Shown: positions 60,410-64,000 of the stretch, one piece after another
Layout of the letters: every line of letters starts with the position of its first letter
How positions within the stretch are numbered: position 1 is the stretch's first letter
Assembly (NCBI GenBank): GCA_047495785.1
Contig: JBLDXI010000011.1
Coordinates: 620,001-684,000, forward strand
Reading direction: 5' to 3'
Origin: Lepidodermella squamata
Lineage: Eukaryota > Animalia > Gastrotricha
Length of the DNA: 64,000 nt
Position numbers and translations under genes: made by a program
Notes under the pieces: model-generated
What the model was told of the DNA's origin: nothing
The model's database searches: none
Seen by the model: only the letters and a program-made list of their open reading frames with translations

Positions 60410-61030
60410 AACGAACGAACGAACGAAAATCTGTTTTATTTGTCCTTATTTGACATACAATTTAAATTTCAAGGCAGAAAAAAATAACAATCGAAGTACA
60501 TGTCAAACAAGGCGCCGGCACAATGCGGACAGCGATTGTCTGAGACAGTTCGCAGAAGACACAGATGGGGAGGCACGAGGAAGAAATTATCAGAAGCTTG
60601 AGTAGTATCAGTTGCAGGAAGAATAGGAAAGTGAACAAACTGGAAGAAGATAGAGAGCAACTTATATCACCGAGAAGGAAGAGAACAGCATGGACAAGAA
60701 CAATGAGCAGAAATAAGAAACAGAGACAGAAGGAAGGGATATAAAGGAATTTAGGACAGAAACAGGACAAATGAGAATAGAGAACTTGGGAGAAATACTC
60801 GGAAAGGCTAGGCAGGCGACAACGCCGCTCGAGTTCGGTGATGCGAACACGGTCAGCGAGGCGTACGTTAAGCATCGCGCGCATGCACTTGTTTTGGAGG
60901 ACGTCGAGGCGGCGCAACTGTTGCTTTGCAGCGGACGAAAAGACGACGCAACCGAAAGAGGCGATCGAACGGACAAGAGCGAGGTAGCTGGCACGACGCC
61001 AGGAAGCCCAGGGCGCCGAACGATTGTGTG
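60410..61030 (-). mobile_element. 3' end of a LINE (CR1/L2/Jockey-like) with microsatellite tail
   Basis: YLALVRSIASFG...LRRLDVLQNKCMRAML ORF2 C-terminus, pyrimidine-rich 3' UTR, AATAAA and (TTCG)n tail. Confidence 0.75.
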
Positions 61031-63409
61031 GATAAATGGGAACGATACAAACCCCCCTGGGGATCAAAACCTCCTGACCTAGTCGGATCACCGGTCACCA
61101 CGTGACATCAGACCACCGACGGGAGAAGAAGATAACTATTCCCTGTTCTTTCTATATACTAAATAGCCTACAAGCCAGATTAGGCCGAATCCTCGTCTTA
61201 TTAGCTCAAGCTTTATTTCATCTACCGTTATCCAGTACAAGTTTGAAAATTTCACGCAAATCAGCTTTTCTCTGAAACATGAGAATTTTACTAAATATAG
61301 AAATTGATGAGATCTAACTTTTAGCGAAGCTTCATTAACACAGCCCCCCGGCAGTGTAGAAAGTAGGGGGGGGGGGGGGGGTGGTGGGGATCATCCTGGT
61401 CTCGGCAAGACCCCGTCCCTAGCTGGGTGAGGACGAAACGTCGTCCCGGGGGATGCGCCTTCATCCTGGTCTCAGCATAGGCGCGCACCCGGGATGGCAC
61501 CCATCTCGAGAGCTGATTAGCCCATTTTTAGGTATTTATAATGGTTGTGCGCGCGTATTGGCTGCTGCGCGCGCTCTATAATGTGCGCGCACGCTCATTG
61601 GTCACTGAGCGCATTGTGTTGCAGGTGCGCACGCGCTAATACTGCAAACTGCAAGCCATGTTCGATGCGGCTATGTTTAGTAGAAGCGCGCATCATAAAG
61701 ATAATTTTAAATGTTAAGCGCGAGCGATTGTCAGACGTAGCGCTCTTATATTGAAAATGTATACATACCTATAATGCACCATGCACCATGAAATACCTTC
61801 AATTATGGAATGAATTTCCGCTATATTTCGAATTATTGGTGTCAATTTCCGATCAATTTCACTTCGAATTCGATGGCCAGTTCGACGATAAAGATAAAAT
61901 TGTTAACAAATTGTGAACAAATCCACTAGTTTTTTCTAGAATCAAGTTATATTTTTCGAACATTTGTGATATTTAGTTAAAAAAAATTGAAAATTGAATT
62001 CCTTAAAACCTATAAAACCTAATTTTTCATAAATAAATAGGGAATATTTAATTCATCGAATGCTGAATGCTCATCAGCATGAATCAGCATGATGATGCTG
62101 AATGCTCATCGAATTTTTGAATGCTCGGGGTGTATCCAAGGGGTTGTTTTTTAGTAATTCCAGGTTATTCCCATGGAAAATTCTGTCGCGAAATCCACAT
62201 TCTTCGCTCGTTTCGCTCGCGTATTGGCATCTTTCTTCCCCACGTTAAATGGCCGAAGGAGAATTATAAGGAGAATTACAAGTCTATGCTATTCTCAGTA
62301 TTTTTTAATACGACTTAATACGAATAACATTATATCCCATATGGAGCATAAAAAATCGGGGGAATTATAAATGGAAAATGTTTGAATTTGTGAAAGCAAG
62401 AAAAGACGATGAATGACATAAGCAAATGCAAATGAACATAAATAAATATGCGAGCAAACGCGCAACGTTCGCGAGAACTTTTTCGGAAGGAAAACCCAAT
62501 CCCCCCCTCGGCAAAAATCCTACTTTCTACGCTGCCCCCCGGTCTCTCCCTTAAAAATTCTCGAAAAAGCAGCGTTTTGGTCTACTTTGAAGTGCTGCCC
62601 TGCAATAACCGTAGCAGATATACACGCGGTTCAACTCGGCGAATTCAAGCTTATACTTTTCGGATGAAGTAGCCAGAAAGGCACGCCCATCTATAGAGTG
62701 GTTTTCGCGTGGCATTCACTCAAGGTAGCAACTGATAGGGATCGTGGAAACGCGTGTACATCATCGCATACGATCCGAAAACGAAGGTTACCATCATTTT
62801 TTATCCGACGATCAGGATCGAGAACTCAGCAACGCAGTATCTGATGGACTTGCATATTATAAAAACTCGAATCAATTGACTTCAGCGGAGTAGTCGTCGG
62901 TGGCGCGGAACTGTAACGCGTGGTCTTATTGAACTTTGTAACAAACTTAACCTGAATAAATCTTTGTTGATATTGTTCTTTCCCTGGTTATTCTGAGTTC
63001 TCAACTTTATGCGTCATAGGGCAAGCAGTTGGAATTTATTTCCCATAATATGCGTTTTTCCCATAAAACATGACTTTCTCTTCTTTTATGTATTAAAGTT
63101 TCTCTGTACCCCTTTCCGTGTATTTTCCTTGTTTTTGTTACTTATGGGACACGCTGTTCAAGTCTTTAATTTCATATGGCTCCTATTTGTGTTGAAACCA
63201 CAGTTCCATCATCACTAATCACTTTAAGATTATTCGAAGTTGGCTAGTATGAAAACGGAATTGTACATCGCGCAATCGCTAACAAGAATCTAAATAAAAA
63301 GTTCTTTCGGTTTGGTAGGTGTTATAATCGATTTTTATTTTATTTTGAGCAATAATATTTCACAGATTATTAGGATCAAGTTCGATTCGAGCTTAGCGAA
63401 TTCCAGCGA

Positions 63410-63544
63410 TTAGCCTCTCGAACATTTCTGGGTAGTTATCGAGCTGTCTGGAAGCGAACTTGCTGGGGCTGGAGAGTAAGTAAGAACAGCTGGCGGTGCA
63501 GGCGATACAACCTGCCTGCAGCATTCGAAAAAATTCGATCCGCC
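63410..63544 (-). CDS. Probable terminal exon of a fifth Cys-rich family member (rest lies beyond the window)
   Basis: TTTTTCTAG acceptor, GGSNFFECCRQVVSPAPP...TQKCSRG*, then AATAAA. Matches the S(Y/F)xECC...KC last exon of the other copies. Confidence 0.55.
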   Translation of the reverse strand, partial: GGSNFFECCRQVVSPAPPAVLTYSPAPASSLPDSSITTQKCSRG

Positions 63545-64000
63545 CTAGAAAAATGGAGTAATTGCAGTTAAGTGGCGATGGCAGATGAGCTTCTTATCCG
63601 CACTAAGTGTATTTTTATGGAAATGTCCTTATCGAAATTCCCAGGAATAGTTTGGCAAAAAGCTGGCTTTATCGATAGAGTCGACTTAATTAGAAAGACA
63701 GCTTCGAAAATAACCCTCATAGCCATGATTGGCATAATGAGCGTGAAATCGTCAAGGAATAACTATAAAATGAGCGATGACGAAACGACCTCATCCAGCA
63801 GACAGTGTTCCGATTTTTGCCCACTGGACCACGCTCAGTGACAGACACACAAAAAGGAATCCTTAACATAATGACCGTTGAGTCAAGTATAATTCAAGTA
63901 TAAAAATCAGCGTACACTTTCAAGATCTTGTGGAACCGACCAGGTTTAGGGATTTGAGTTGAAAATTCGCAATTTTTGTTCTTTTAAATCGAATAGCCAA

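Noticed and set aside
61385-61500. Hammerhead-ribozyme-like GTCC...GGACGAAAC
   Set aside because: No CTGANGA core before stem II; better explained as GC-rich hairpins of a repeat next to a poly-G run.

Overview
Eukaryotic, animal-type genomic DNA with compact genes (GT-AG introns mostly 49-65 nt, several AAG acceptors, AATAAA signals). The organism cannot be named from sequence alone. I spliced about 20 genes by hand, most encoding secreted or cell-surface proteins. (1) A family of novel Cys-rich secreted proteins: three tandem copies at 0.5-9.5 kb, a divergent copy at 55.6-60.2 kb and a probable terminal exon at 63.4 kb. (2) A separate 20-Cys secreted protein. (3) Two intronless polyproteins of tandem 4-Cys (CxxxC...CxC) acidic modules separated by Arg-flanked spacers. 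(4) Three multi-LamG/pentraxin-like surface proteins, GPI- or TM-anchored. (5) A Cys-loop ion channel apparently fused to an extra N-terminal beta-rich domain and a mucin stalk. (6) A divergent GABA-B-like class C GPCR, a pseudokinase with ~20 ankyrin repeats, a non-catalytic P4HA-like ER protein, a MARCH-type E3 and a SEL1-repeat protein. Intergenic and intronic space holds LINE fragments, a tRNA-derived SINE, a tRNA-Gly pseudogene and non-autonomous hAT-, piggyBac-, Mutator-, Tc1/mariner- and P-like elements; one hAT MITE has rewritten a protein C-terminus. The best candidates for an undescribed system are the stalked, domain-fused Cys-loop receptor and the modular Cys-peptide polyproteins. 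All exon models and family calls come from reading by eye; no database search was run.
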